Below, piece by piece: positions 23,267 to 37,394 of a stretch of DNA of 64,000 nt. The position numbers were made by a program, and so were the translations under genes. This DNA comes from Callorhinchus milii (lineage: Eukaryota): NCBI RefSeq assembly GCF_018977255.1, contig NW_024704743.1, positions 76,572,001-76,636,000 of the forward strand. The letters run 5' to 3'. Under the pieces are notes generated by a model. It saw nothing but the letters and a program-made list of their open reading frames with translations, was not told the origin of the DNA and made no database searches. The first letter of the stretch is position 1, and the number at the start of each line of letters is the position of its first letter.

Positions 23267-26042
23267 GTGAGTATGGGTTTCTGTTCAACAAAACTAACCA
23301 GTGTAACTATCAATGACCCTTTTAAATATAGTATAGCTAATAAGTAATAAGTAATAAATGAGTTCACCTCTTTTTAATAAAAAAAGGAAACAAACTTTCT
23401 TCGTAAATTGGGTTCCAGAGGGGAAATTGCTATTAGAGCAATTTGGAACTAAATTTCCAACTTCATTCAGCAATTTCATTTTCATTGGGATAAACTGCTA
23501 CATCCCATCTACAACAAGATAAAATACCAGAACAATGTCTCACTTTGGGGATAAGATTCTGTTTTGGGGTAATGTTACAGACCCAAGCAGTTTGTGCACA
23601 TACAGTTTGTGTCACAACAACAACAGATTACATTTATATAGTGCCTTTCACATCGAGAGGACATCCCAAGGTGCTGGAACGTTCCAAGGTGCATTAAGTT
23701 ATAAAATGTTATAAAATTATAAAATTATAAAAATGGCCACCATTTAGTGCTTCCAGGTCATCGGGTTGCTACTGGTATCACTTTCCCTGAATTCTCCATG
23801 CATGGTGCATGCATGTAGAATTCAGGAAACGAGAAGCTGCTCTCATGATCGTTTTCAGGGATTGCTGGGACACCGGTCAATGCACACTATACTCTGGAAG
23901 CTAAGCAATCAGTCAAAGAGGGTTTTGCACTTCCAGTATGCTGGGATCCATGGTGTGAACTGTTATAAATGGATCAAAGCATGTTATAATGTGTTCCTGT
24001 AATCAAGAAAGAATGTTCTTTTCGAGATGGGTCAGGAAGAAGCTGGACACTTGATTATGTTAAGTATTTGTCGAGGCTTGTAATGTTGCTCATTTATATT
24101 ATTGAGGATGTTAAAAATGCTAACAAATGGTTTGTTCATGGAACACCAAAAATCAAATCTTTTATAAAATGGCCCCATCTGCACATTAAACTCCCTTGAA
24201 CATGCATGGTGTGTCCAATGCTGCATTAACAAATCACATTCAGTTTTGTGTATGAACTTTTGAAGAAAATGAGGCACAATTACAAATCTTGGAATCCTTT
24301 TTGGAAACAAAATATTTAAAACCTAATATTGGCTATTAACCTAATGTCATGCAGTTGTTTGAAATAATTCCATTGGAAGTTGTCCACCTTCCTGCCATAA
24401 TAACCATTAGGCAATGCAATTTCCTTGAAATCAGTATATTTTATATATTTTCATCCAGCATTTTTTCGCTAATGTTTAACTGAGCTCTAAATACTGTTGT
24501 TTCATGTTAACTAAAACCTAGTTCTTCCACAGATCATTTCTGCAGTACAAAAAACAATAGACCTGCATCTTGTTACATAAGGTTAACTTAATTACATGTA
24601 AGAATAATATATAAATATATGCTTGTCTGTATTGTACATGTAATGTCAGTGTCTCATAACGCTTCAAAGGAATTCTTTACAAGTATAGACTTTTTGTAGT
24701 CAATTGAGGCAGCCATTTTGGGCACAGTGAAGACTCACAAAGAGCCACAACATTAATTACGAATTAATCTGGAAGAATGTTGGTCAAATGACTGAGAAAC
24801 TCCCTTCCTTTTTAGGATCTTAATATACAGGTTTTAGAAATCTGAGAGATTTAAAATTGAGAACTCAAGGGCACATGCTTCATTATCATTTGCAGGCAGA
24901 ACAAAACACTGTAGAAGTTGCAGTTAAAGAGATTAAATGCACAAGGTAGAAACTATAATAGAGTAAATATAAATATTGATGCATTCATTATTTATCACAT
25001 TAAATGTTGACTGCATGTTTTGAAGGTCCTTTACCCTTTCCCTGATATCAATTTCAATAGCAACATCCATGAAACCCAGTCAGTAAGATTAAACTTGTAT
25101 TGGACTTTGGTGAGCAGGATTTTTTTAACCAAAGAAATTGCAAGTAAAGGTGGTATTCTGCTAACTAACAGCCACATGCCTCGTTCTGCAAGTCCAAATG
25201 TGGGCCTTGCTTCTCCAAACTAACAAAGTTAAAGTCCACTTCATTAAAGACTTTTGGCCGAGCTGGCTCCAAGGAGATGTGAATAGCAATGGAATATTGT
25301 AATCATGATGCTCCTCTGTGGGGCTCTTGGTAGTCTGGTTCTTTAGTCAGACAACTCTCCAGTATTTCAAGGTATCTCTGATGACCAACCAACCAACCTG
25401 ACATGTTGACAGGATGTCAGGTGCAAACCAGTCGCAAGGGATTCCTCCCACTCGGTTTCCGTAACCGTGCAAGCCACAACCTAACAGCTGTATTGGTCCA
25501 AGCTGGATAAGCAGCTTGACACTTACCAGACAGTGTTTGCAATAGCAAGATGGTTTAAATCCATAGTTTAAGCTTTTTTTTCAGGCTTAAATGTTTGTTG
25601 ATTCAATCTAATCTGACAATGGCTCATCTTAATTAAAATATTTATGTTCATAAGAGTCATCAAATAATTGTGGTTGAAAATATTGTGCTGCAACAAACAG
25701 AAACACAGTGGGATTTCAAAGTATAGAAAAATACTTGAGATAAATCACTGAACAGTAAACAGTGTTGTATATGGTGAAATGCTCAGCTTGTGATGGGTTT
25801 GATTGCAGTACCCAGCTTGGAGGAAGGTTTGAAAATGTGTGTCTAATGGATATGACTAAAAGATTAAGTTCATGGAAATGTTTCTTTAAGATGTGACAGT
25901 GGACATGAGTTGTCAGAATTGATATTAAATGAATGACTAGCACTGAACTAAAATAATTTGGATTTTTGAAAATCCTCTGATGTTCAATACACTTTACTTT
26001 CAAAATGAATACCAGAAACATTTTTTTAAATCCATTTCTCAG

Positions 26043-26215
26043 GTCGTTACAGAGTTCAATGTGACCAGTTTGAAGACCTCTGGCTGATAACGAAAGAAAT
26101 TGTCCAGCGTTTACAAGAGAATTTTGCCAGCCAAGGAACCCAAGACTTTATGTGCAAATTCCCTGGGCCCATTCCCCTGCTGGAGTATTTTGAACTCATC
26201 GATAAACATTTTGAG
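26043..26215 (+). CDS. BBS9: BBS9 coding exon (173 nt)
   Basis: tttctcAG acceptor; (R)RYRVQCDQFEDLWLITKEIVQRLQENFASQGTQDFMCKFPGPIPLLEYFELIDKHFE matches BBS9; donor GAG|GTCTTG. Confidence 0.95.
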
Positions 26216-26279
26216 GTCTTGTCTTTTTCTTACATAAATTTTCGCATTACTTATGTAGTCCAAACATAATCAGTGACTT

Positions 26280-26565
26280 AAGGACCTAGATATAAGACAG
26301 TTACAAGAAGAGTGAAAGGAGAACATAGGAGCATTTTGTTTCACACAAAAAATTGTTGGGATATGCAATGCCCTACCAAGTAAGGTAGTGTAAGCACAGT
26401 CTATTGTGGATTTCACGAGGAATGTAGACAGGTTTATGAATGTGGGAGGCTTGAAGGGTTATGGGAATGGGATAGCACAGTGGTATTGAACGTACAGCTT
26501 ACTCTGAAAGCCAGTGCAGACTCGATGGGCCCAATGGTTCCTTTTGCATTGTAATTTCTATGATT
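26280..26565 (+). mobile_element. CR1 3' end fragment in the short intron between two exons
   Basis: TTCACACAAA..TTGTTGGGATATGCAATG block and tail gatgggcccaatggttcc...tttctatgatt. Confidence 0.65.
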
Positions 26566-26665
26566 ATAGATTTCAATTGTCTCAATGGGCATTATTGTAC
26601 ATGAAAACAGTTTTTATTTCTTTACAGCAGAGAAGTTGATGAGATCTCTTATATTGTTTTTGCAG

Positions 26666-26818
26666 TTGCGCCTAAATGCTGAGAAGTACAAAGAGCTTCT
26701 TTCAGAAAGGGCTGTACAGTTCAGAGCTATCCAACGGCGACTTTTAACCCATTTCAAGGACAAAACTCCCACTCCTCTACGTAATCTGGACACATTGTTG
26801 GATGGAACTTATCGGCAG
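26666..26818 (+). CDS. BBS9: BBS9 coding exon (153 nt); last BBS9 exon found in the window
   Basis: gtttttgcAG acceptor; LRLNAEKYKELLSERAVQFRAIQRRLLTHFKDKTPTPLRNLDTLLDGTYRQ is near-identical to BBS9; donor CAG|GTTAGT. Confidence 0.97.
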
Positions 26819-27689
26819 GTTAGTGTGCCTTAAAAAGCTATGTAAAAGAAAGTGTAATATCTGTTGAAAACTATAGTTACCAGCTGCTTGAATGTTACGT
26901 TTACAAGATATACTTGCTTGTGTCATTGCTTTTGCTGCATATAATGTGGATATGATGTATGTTGTCATTTTAAAACATGAAGTAGTCTTGAGGCTTTTTA
27001 ATGTATTTATTAAAAACACCGACATCCCACATCAATGTGTTTTGTTTCAGCACTAGCTCAGTCAATGCTAGTTCATTTTGGGTTCAGTTTGCATTAGATC
27101 TTTGATGCAAGACCATCTATAAAGTAGAAAATTAACAAACGTTTAAAACAACAATGTACTGGTTCATTCTTTGGTCTTCATACAATGCTGTTGTGAGTTA
27201 TTTACCTGTTTAGATACATTTACCTATATAGATATATTTATCAAATTACTGACAGGGTATTTGAAGCATTAATGGGTTAAAATGTATTTCATGATAGCAA
27301 GAGATAATTCACAAAATGATACTTAATTTTTCAAATACATTTTAACAAGCAGAGAGATATTTTTCTTTGATTGAATATTATTACTCGGATTGTAAATGAA
27401 AATTTGCGCATAGAGTAATAAAAATAAAAATGGTTTTGGGAAGAAGGGAGAAAACAAATGAGATATTGCATTCAAACAAGAGAAAATATAGAGAAACTAC
27501 AGGTAGTAGTTAGAACTTAGACTACTGGCAGATACAGCAATATTTGTTTCTGTGGCACAGACAGTTTCCTAAGTTCTCAGCTCATGCCCCACTAGTTTTA
27601 TTAAAGATTAATCCTCAAGTATAAAACTTGAGGATCAACAGATAATACACAAGTTTAGCTTTTTCTAAAAAGTGAAACACTTCACTGCT

Positions 27690-28055
27690 TTGTCTTCAAG
27701 GCCCTCCATGGCCTTACCCCTTCCTACCTCCGTGACCTGCTAACCCCATATCAACCTGTCCACTCCTTCAACTTAGCAGGCTCTGGCCTGTTTCACGTTC
27801 CCCCATCTGGCCCATCCAACATCGACGGTCGGGCCTTCAGCCTCCCTTCACCTTGCTCCCTCCCTGCCCTCCTTCAAGGCACGTCTCAAGACCCTCCTCT
27901 TCAACCGCGCCTGTGGCCATCTTCCTACCCTCGCTACTCTCCACCCTCCCTGATCCCAACCCCCCCACCCCACCCTCTCAGGTCCAAATCCCTGACTGTC
28001 CAGCGCCTTGGGATGTCCTCTTGACGTGAAAGGCGCTTTACAAATGTAATTTTGC
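27690..28055 (+). mobile_element. L2 3' fragment
   Basis: FKALHGL.PSYLRDLL.PY...SFKARLKTLLF and tail gggatgtcctcttgacgtgaaaggcgc. Confidence 0.85.
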
Positions 28056-28699
28056 AATGTAACTCTGCTCTTTATCTTCCAATTTTCTGTCCGATCCTCC
28101 TTTTTGCTTTAAAACTAAAATAAATCTAATTCTAAGCAATTCTATCTTTAAACTGAAATGTAACATCTTCCACTTAGCTTCTTTCCTCCTCCTGACTCTA
28201 ACCATCATTTTGTAAGTGGAAGCAGGCCTTTTTTACTACTGTAAAGGCATGTTCTTTATCCAATCAAAAGTGAAGCCATTGATATGAATACATCATACAT
28301 GCACAAGGTGCCATCTTTCATTTGCTGTTATTACTTAGAAACAGGAATAAGGCTGCTGAGGAAGTGTACTTCCTGAGACTTCCCAATGAATGCTGTATTT
28401 CTGAAGCATTATGGTTGTAGTGGATCTAGAAAAAGATTATAAACCACAATAACTGAGTCTGTAAATTAACTTGAGGTTTCTGTTTTAGAATAACACTTGT
28501 GTATTCATAGGCTAGGTTGTTGGGCATTTACTCCCCCATCTCTGCAATATCAAGGGTGAAATTCACCTTGCAGTCAATAATTAGAGCCTTTAACATGAAT
28601 TAAATTAAATTAAATTGAATCCCACTCAACAGGTAATTAGATATGGAGTTTGAATAATTTATGTACTAATTGTCAGTTGTGCACACTTTTCAGGCATTA

Positions 28700-30150
28700 C
28701 AGTGATGTTAGCAAACCAGAAAGGAAACAATTTAACTAATCTTTAAAAGCAACAAAACAAAACCAGGAAGATAATAAGGGACACGAAGGAAGCTTATGCA
28801 AAATGCATGTCTGTTAATACAGCAGAAAATACAAAATCTATCAAAGGCATAGAAAGTAGGAAAAAGGGAATTTAGGAAGTCTAAGAGAGAACATGAGACA
28901 AAACTATTGGACAATATTAAAGGAACTATAAACATATTAGAAGTAAAGGAGGGGTTTGGCCATTTTGGAACAAAAGCCATGGTGCAAAAGGAGGGGTTGG
29001 CAGAGCTATTTAATTAATATTGCTTCAGTTTTCACTGAAGATATGGATACTCACAATAGAACTTAAAAAAAAGGAAACAAGGAAAAGGTACTTGGGATCA
29101 AAAAGGAAATTACTATAAAAATTAGGAGAACTAAAAATCAAGAAATCACAAGGGCCTGGTGGCATGCATTCCAGATTGTAAAGAGAAGTTGGAGATAGTT
29201 GAGGCACTGTTGATAATTTTCCAAACGTCTTTGATGGTTGGTAGGGTGGCAAATGTGGTGCCTGTGTTCAAGAAAAGCGCCAAGTATAAGTGAGGGAACT
29301 ACAGGCCATTTAGCTTTATGTCAGATGTGGATAAACATTTGGAGGCAATGAGATCAGGGATAGACAACATGGATTTGTGATCTTGTTTGACGAAAAGAGT
29401 TCTTTGTAGAAGTAACTGAAAATGTAGATCAAGGCAATGTTGTGTATTTGGATTTCCAAAAAGCATTTGATAAGGTGACGCATGGAAAACTGGTAGAGAA
29501 TCCGAGGGCACATGGAATAGGGGGAAATGTGATTTGGATAGAAAGGTAGTTGAAGGATCGAAAGCAGAAATTAAAACATTGTTTTTTTCAGTTGGAGGAA
29601 GGTAGGGGCCAATGCAGGGGCCTCTCCTTTTTTCCATACATATCAATGAACTTGACTTAGAAAAAAGGGAGTGCAGTGTCAAAGATAATACCAAGCTAAG
29701 AAGTATAATGTAAAGCAATGATGATGGAAAGAAACTGCAGGAGAGTTTACAACAACAACAAGATTACATTTTGTATAGCGCCCTTCACGTTGGGAGGACG
29801 TCCCAAGGCGATGGACAGAGTACAGCATTTCAGGTTTACACAGATAAGCACAGTGGGCTGATCAGTGGGAAATTAAGTTTAACGAAAAGAAATTTGAGGT
29901 GATAGAAAAAAATAAGGGAATGGAGTATATATTGAATGGCAGTGTCTTGCAAGAACCTAAGGAGCAAAGAGATTCGGGAATGCAGGGACATTGAAAGTAG
30001 TATTGAAAGCGTCAAAGGCTGTAAAGAAAGCTTATAGCATGCTGGGTTTTATACACAGGTATCGAGTACAAAAGTAAAGCAATAATGTTAAGTTGTACAA
30101 AACATTAGTTAGACTGCAACTGGAGTACTACGTTCAGTTTTAGGAGGTAG
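28700..30150 (+). mobile_element. Degraded CR1 ORF2 with an antisense L2 tail inserted at ~29749-29817
   Basis: ANVVPVFKK, NYRP, YLDFQKAFDKV and LYKTLVR.QLEY.VQF motifs with many stops. Confidence 0.85.
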
Positions 30151-33100
30151 ACATTGTTACGGAGTAACATTATTTGAATGCTTTAGTCTGCTTTCCTTAA
30201 CATTAAAATTGTCTGCCAATTTTCTTAGTCCATGTAGAAATATTCAATGTTCAGCTAAAATATCCAGTCATTTTAAGAATGTTGTCTTTAAAGCTACACT
30301 TCTAAAACTATATATTTTATACTTCTCTCTGCCTCATATGAATGTTGGGGGGAAAACCCAATGCTGTCATGGGAATCACTAACAGATTAAGAATTCTCTT
30401 GGTTTTATTTTCACATGACTCCATGGCCTCTTGTAACTAGACTCTCCCTGTATTTTAGCTGATGATTTGTGGTAACTCATTGTTCCAAGATTTTCTAATT
30501 GCCCTTGTATAATTACACTGCACTTTATAGTCTCAGTAGGAGTCCGACCTGCTAAAACTTCAACCCCCGTTTGTCACTATAAGTGATCTAGGTTAGCAAC
30601 ATCTAAATTGGCTCCAGGTCAACAAAAACCATCGGTAGCTGTGACCTCAGGTTTGGGACAATTTGGAGCCATGTGGATCCTACAACCATAAATGGGCAGA
30701 TGGATTCCATTGCTAAATTCTCCGCTCTATACTGACATGGTTACTCAAGCCACAACTGTTCCCATTTTCCACAAGTGTATTTAGAACTTGTACAGAACAT
30801 CAGAGACGAGTGCTCTAGTACACATTGTTTCTAGTAGCCCAAATTTTAGCTGATGTCCTGTAATGTTCTCCTTGCACTACTGTTAAAGTAGATCATTGTG
30901 TTTTCAACATTTCAAAAAAATTATGTGTACATATTCTTGGGTGGTCTCCAACCAAAGTGGAGTCATTGATGATTGACATAGTTATGCTTAAGCCAATCTT
31001 ATTATAACATATCAATTTAGGTGATCTGTGCTGGTATGCAGAACTTTGTGTGTGTGTTTAGTTGCACGTGGAGAGCCTTCTTCAAACCCCCAACAAGAGC
31101 AATTCAAAATGGGCAACTAAATACTACTCCTCATACTGCTGCAGCAATATTAAAAGGTTATGAGTACAATTTCTACAGTTTGAACCATGAAAACTTCAAG
31201 TCAACATATATAAATGGCAAAATAATTTAATAGACCTTTCACAAATTTGCATCAGACAACTTTGCTTCAGCATAAGTGTTTATTGAAGTTAAGACTATTG
31301 TGCTTTTCAAGTAGCCTGAGAAGGTTTGTTCTGTTCACAGACTCTCATGTAAAACAGTGCCACTTTGTTCCTTTTAAATAGTGTGTGTTGAGTGCAGATA
31401 CATGGCTTCTCCTGTTATATCTTATTAAGAGGATCCCACCTATGGCCCTAAATAAGCTTGTAATACTGGAACTGTTGAACCCTTGTCCAAGAACAACTGG
31501 AGGTCTGTGTTTAAACATTGTATGCGGTGTCATGGCTGATTAATGTCCCTCGGTACTATCCTTATTATTATGCCCCCAAGTTCCATGGGTTAAATAGTTA
31601 GGTTGCCAAAGAAGCAGCCTGTTGGGTATGCCACCTGGGGAAGTTACTATGGTATGACAAAAACTCTTTATTTCTTTGCGCACCCCTACTGTTTAAATCA
31701 AGGTTCTTAAACACTTCACAGTGTATTAGCAAAATGCCACATGCTTGCCATTAGAAAGATCTGTTGAAGAATTAATGGGTTTACTTTAATCTCGAGAAGA
31801 ATTATTTTCAATTACTCTTTGTTCTGAAGAGAAATTGTGGGAAAAATGCTAGTCATCGCAGAATGGAGCAACTTTTTTTAAAAAAAGTTTTAAAAAAGAT
31901 TGTACATAGGTCTTATAATGCTTTGTGAAGAAAGTGAGCAATTTGGCATTGGGGCGTCTCTTACTTATTTATGCTTTATTAGCTACATCCAGATTCTAAA
32001 TATTTATTGATTTGTAATATTGTTTCTGGTACAACAAATTCACTAAGTTATATTAGACCAGTTTATTGCTTTATTGTTTCCAAACTGAAGGCCATGTTTT
32101 GCACATGTTATTTAGAGCAAATTTAAATATTCATTGCATATTATATAAAAGGATTTGTCATGAAAAAATATTTAGGCTCTTTGTAAATTACATTAACATA
32201 TTTTACCATGTTTGACGAATAAAGATTTGGCTTTCATGAATTTACACACACTACGTATGAATTATCATAATTATTTACAAATTGCTAATTTTCACTTTTG
32301 CTATTGAACTGTTAAATTGTAGCTGGTAGATATGCTTTTTTATTGCAAGCAATTCACAGATGAGCATTCTACGAGCATTGTCAGTGTATGAAAAATCGTA
32401 CCGTCCTTCCAGTTATTCCTAAATCAGTGGCATTCTGTCAGTGCCACTAATTTAAATGGAACAGAAAATTCAGGAGTTTAAACTTATAAGTATAAAGCAA
32501 AGCACTCACTTTTGTCACATCGGCATAGTCTCATACATGTGTAACTTTTACCGAATGCCTTTGAAAATATTCATCAGCATTTATTTAGTAATTATTTATA
32601 ATTAATTGTATTAGAAGTTTTCTCAAGAAAGATGAAGTTTGAGAGTATAATTTGACCTGACCTTCACAGTCTTTCTACCTTACCCTGGAAGGTACTCAGC
32701 GAAGGGTATAGTTTCACAAACCTCCAGTACGCCATGTGAAATTTGACAAGTATAAATGGAAATAAAAATATAAGAATTTGCTAGGCAAAAGAAACCAAGG
32801 TCCATCCAGTTTGCCTTCCACCATCCTGGCAGAAGCATGACATGTCATGTCCCAAAATATATATTGTATCCCGAGATATTGTTTCCTAATAAATCCAACT
32901 AATTTGTTCTTGAACAAATAGTCGCTTTGGAACCCTGCAGATGCAAGTTGTTGTTGATGTTGTTGTTACTACTTGACCATTGGGGAGAGGAGTGAAGGTG
33001 CACCTAGCCCGGTCAACCTTAGTCATGTCCTTTTTATCTCCAGACATGCAATGTCAGCAATTTCCAGCAGGGGTCAGTGAATATCAAGCAGGTAGAGGGA

Positions 33101-33594
33101 GCCCTGGCTGATTAGTTTTTCCTTGTTTCTCCAGAGATTTAAACATCAATTTCAGTGTTCCTGTTACTATCCAGCTGAGATTGACTGTTGACCTGAAATC
33201 CAGCCTGGGATATTCCTCATCAGTGTGGCCAAGAAGCACACTGCATTGATTCGGAGATTGATGATTTTTTGCTACTCTTAACAATAATAATCTTTGCATT
33301 TGATATAATGTTTTATCATGTCATCAAAGCCCATCACTGAATGTTACTGTTAAGTAAAGTGAATATATTTGTAAGCAAATGCAGCATTGTTGCATTGTGT
33401 GCTTCTCTTTTCAAATTGTGCTGTGAGATCTTTAAGGTCCACCTGAACAGGCAGATATGACCTTGATTTAACGTCTGTTCTGAAGAACAACACTTCATAT
33501 AATGCAGCACTCTCCGAGCACAGTATTGGAGTGTTAGCCTATAATCCTAAGTTCCCGATGTGGGGAGTGCACTTTGAATCTTTAGACTCTGTAC

Positions 33595-34810
33595 AATACA
33601 GTACAATACAATGCAATATAATACAATTTACCTTGCATAGTGCCTATCAGATCAGGAGAATGTCCCAAAGCCTAATTCTGGCTGAGTACAAAAGCTGGCG
33701 GTGGGGGTGAGGGGGTGAGACCTCTACACTCTGTTGGCCCTCTACACCCCACTCTCCCTAGCTTCAAAAGAGAACTACCCAAATGCTTTTAATAGAATCA
33801 GCTATGGGGGGTTGGGGAAATGAGACTGAAAAGATTGCTCTTGAGGAAGCCAGCACAGACATGATGGGCAAACTGGCTTCATTCTGTCCTGTAAATTTCT
33901 AAGGTTCTATGGTGATAATGAACCAAAGAGTCGACAAAGAGGTACATTTTGAGACATACTATGAAAGAGGGAAGGGATGGAGCAAGTCAGAGAGACCTGG
34001 GAATAGAGATCCAGAGCATGGGTGAAAGTCCACTGGCTGATCGTTTGGCGGCCGAGCAAAGGGAATGGCTGGGTTCGTACTGGTGGAATTTTCAGAAATT
34101 GGGTTGGGTGAGAGCATTGAGGGTTTAAATGTGAGAACAAGGATCTTGAACTTGATCTGCTGGGGGGAATGGAGAGCCAGTGAGCTGAGCAATGATGGGG
34201 GCAGTGGGCTCGTGGAGCCTAATATGGAACAGGACATGGGCTACAGATTTCTGGTTAGTCTGCGGCCTGTGCAGGGAAGAGCTGGGAAGTCTAGAAGCAG
34301 AACATTGGCATAGTGGAACCGGGACATAATAAAGGATTGGATGAGCATCTTGTTGGCCTGAGTGAAGAGGTTGTGACGAAAGCGAGCACTATTGAAGAGA
34401 TGGGGGAAAGCTGAGCAAGTGAGAGTATATAGATGTGAGGTTTGAACAATATTTGGGGGTAAGCAGAGGTACCGGACTGGCTCCGCAAGGTATACAACCA
34501 TGAAGGTTGAGTCTGTCAGCACATAAGGTGAGAAAGTGCTCATGGGAGCCAAGCATAAGAGTCTTAGTTTTGTCGACATTCGACTTGAGAAACTTTGAGT
34601 TCATCCAAAACTTGAGGTTCGCCAGACCATCGGTCAGAACAGCAGTTGTCCTGCAATTGAAAGTGGAGGCAGAGAGTTAGTTGCGTGTCATCTGCATATG
34701 TATGGAAATTAACCCCATGTATGTGGATGATGTAACTGAGTGGGAGCTTGTAGATAGTATGAAAATGAGAGGTGCAAGGATAGAGCCCCGAGGAACATTC
34801 AGAAAGGCGA
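33595..34810 (-). mobile_element. L2 fragment (RT C-half) with intervening repeat pieces
   Basis: VPRGSILAPLIF, YADDTQL-like, LIQSFIMSRFHYAN and IKFKILVLTFK motifs; a sense CR1 tail sits at ~33780-33910. Confidence 0.75.
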
Positions 34811-37394
34811 GAGTGTGACTAACTTGAGCCAAGCTGACATCATTAATGTAATCTTGCATTAAGAAGCATTGTTTTATTGAGTTGAAAAAAAACTACAATA
34901 TATTCTAAAAGAAGATCAAAAAATACTTCTGAGAGCCAAAGCCTTATAACATACAGCAGTCCAATCTGAACAAGCACTGTAAAACATACCTGGGCATTTT
35001 ACAGATAAATTTGCCATTATTAGACAACTGTGTGGAAAAAAATATTGAAAATTCTTTGTAAAATTTGTTTTAAAAGAATTCCTATTTTAGAAACAATACT
35101 TATTACAAAAACATGTAATTTGTGTGTGCCTGTGTTTACTCAAAATACAAATATAAAATAATTTTTGCAATGTCCTGTATTTTTAACTTAATCTGAATAA
35201 GGCCTTCACCTAAAATAGATATTATTCTTTCCGGAAATGTGTTCTGTTTCAATAATTATTTTGACAAGTACCTGTAGTGATGCAATGTTGGGAATTATCC
35301 ATTAGTACAATACAACTATTTACTTGGATCATTAGAAGGAAATGATAGTCTTATCTCCCTGTCTCGGTGATGATAGGAAAGAAATGAGTTAGCTTTATGT
35401 TGTCTGAAAGTTTGAAAGGTTCTCTTTTAGTAGCATTATCTGCCTTCCTGTTTAATCTTGTCCCGGGCAATTATTTCTTTTATACTGGCCTTTATGTGCA
35501 AAGATTTGAATACATGAGATTGAACACCGGTAATTGTAACGGCTGTATGTGACACCCCATTTTGTTTGAAAAAATAAGGAAAAAAGCCATTAACACTGAT
35601 TTGTTATACAATCGTCTAACGTAACAAAGGGGGGAAAAGTCACTCTCTCCTGGGATTGCCATGAAAGTACCAGGTAATTATGTTCGTTACAATAGAAGGA
35701 TTTGAATGCTTGTAAATTCCACTGTCTAGCTGGTTTTGAAAGTACAGAATCCAACAGAATGTAATTCTATCCTTTTTGAAAGAGCCTTTGGTGCATTTCA
35801 GGCTAGTGGGAATGAAAAAGTAGGAGTAAGGTATGGCTTTGTAGATATTTTATTATTCATTAGACATTTGTCATTTTGAAATATGACCAGCTTTTACTGA
35901 ATACAATATCAATAATCCTTCCAGTGAAAAGAAATGAGACTTGCAAAGGATTTTTTTTAAAAAATCTCGTTTTTGAAAGAGAAAGAAATTGCTTCACTGT
36001 GGATGCTGACTTTATTTACATTAGCACAAGACACAGACAGTGTAATCCTGATTCAAGCAGTAGATCAGCCCAGTCATAACAGATTATTTGAAGCAGACTT
36101 TCATTGTTCATACCTGATTAAATAGGAAACAACAAACAACAGGTTGCTGATTCGTTATTTTTTCTTTCCCTCTTGTTCTTTTTATTGGGTATAGTTCCAT
36201 GGGTGGCAGTCACCCTGTGGTTTCTTGCCCAGGTGGGTATCAATCTTGTCTTAATATAAGACTTGACTTACACATTCACAGCCTGGTTGATCACTAGAAG
36301 GATCAGTGCTGAGACTGATCCTGTTTTCATCAAGTGTGTATATATAATATATATGCACGGGATAATTTCAGTAGAGATCTCTGAATAATCATCAAGAGCA
36401 TGATTGATTTTCCTCTCCCTAAAATTGTACCCTTAGTGGTGGCAACACTGAGATCAGTGTGCATGTTTACTCACCAATAAATTAATTAACCTATTTGAAA
36501 GCACAAAGCAGACACCTTAATCAAACGTATGAACATTAAAAAATGTATATTACATGAAGGCATTTAAAGATTAAGAGGAAAGCCTTAGATTTCCAATTGC
36601 AATTTTTCTTGTTTCAGGGTGCTAGCAAATTATAATTCACTGAGAGTTCACATAATAAGGATTAATTTATGTTTTATCTCCTTATTAATGGTGAGATTAA
36701 TTCCCCCTCTCACCCTTGTGACTATAATAATAATTTGCCAACTATTTATTGATTAGTTAGTTTTCAGATTTGTATCCATTATCTTGGGTAGACATGCACT
36801 GAATAATGTAGATACCCACTACTTATGTACTGAAAATAATGGGTCCAATTAAGTCCACCTTCAGAATATTCAATGGCAAATAGAAACATAACACTAAATT
36901 ACCTCACTAGGTACAAGACATCTAATGGTTACTCGGTTTCTTCACTGTAGAATTTTTTAGTCGAAGTTCCTGCTTGCACCAAAATTATTTTGTCATAGAT
37001 AACAGTAAAAATCATATCCCATTGAGTGCTTTTCTACTTAATGTGAATGAGGGGACTCTCACCATTTACTCTTTTTCTTAAAATGGAGAATCCTATTAGA
37101 ACCGAGCAATGAGCAATTTATTACAACATATTGTAAGCCCATTTCATGCCTGAATCCTTTGAATTGCTTTTGCTATTTCAATTAATTTCTAAGGAATAGC
37201 GGGTCTTTATGCAGCATTTCCATATTCCGCACATGATTAATAGCTCAACAATTTGACAGCATTGAAGGTTTAAAATGGGCTGATTTTTACATTTGATTAA
37301 TTCTGCTTCCCTCTGGTTTTGGGAGTTGATTTCAAATAAAGGTTTTTGAGAAATGATTGTGGAGAATTAGAATGATTGTTTTTTAATATGATAG

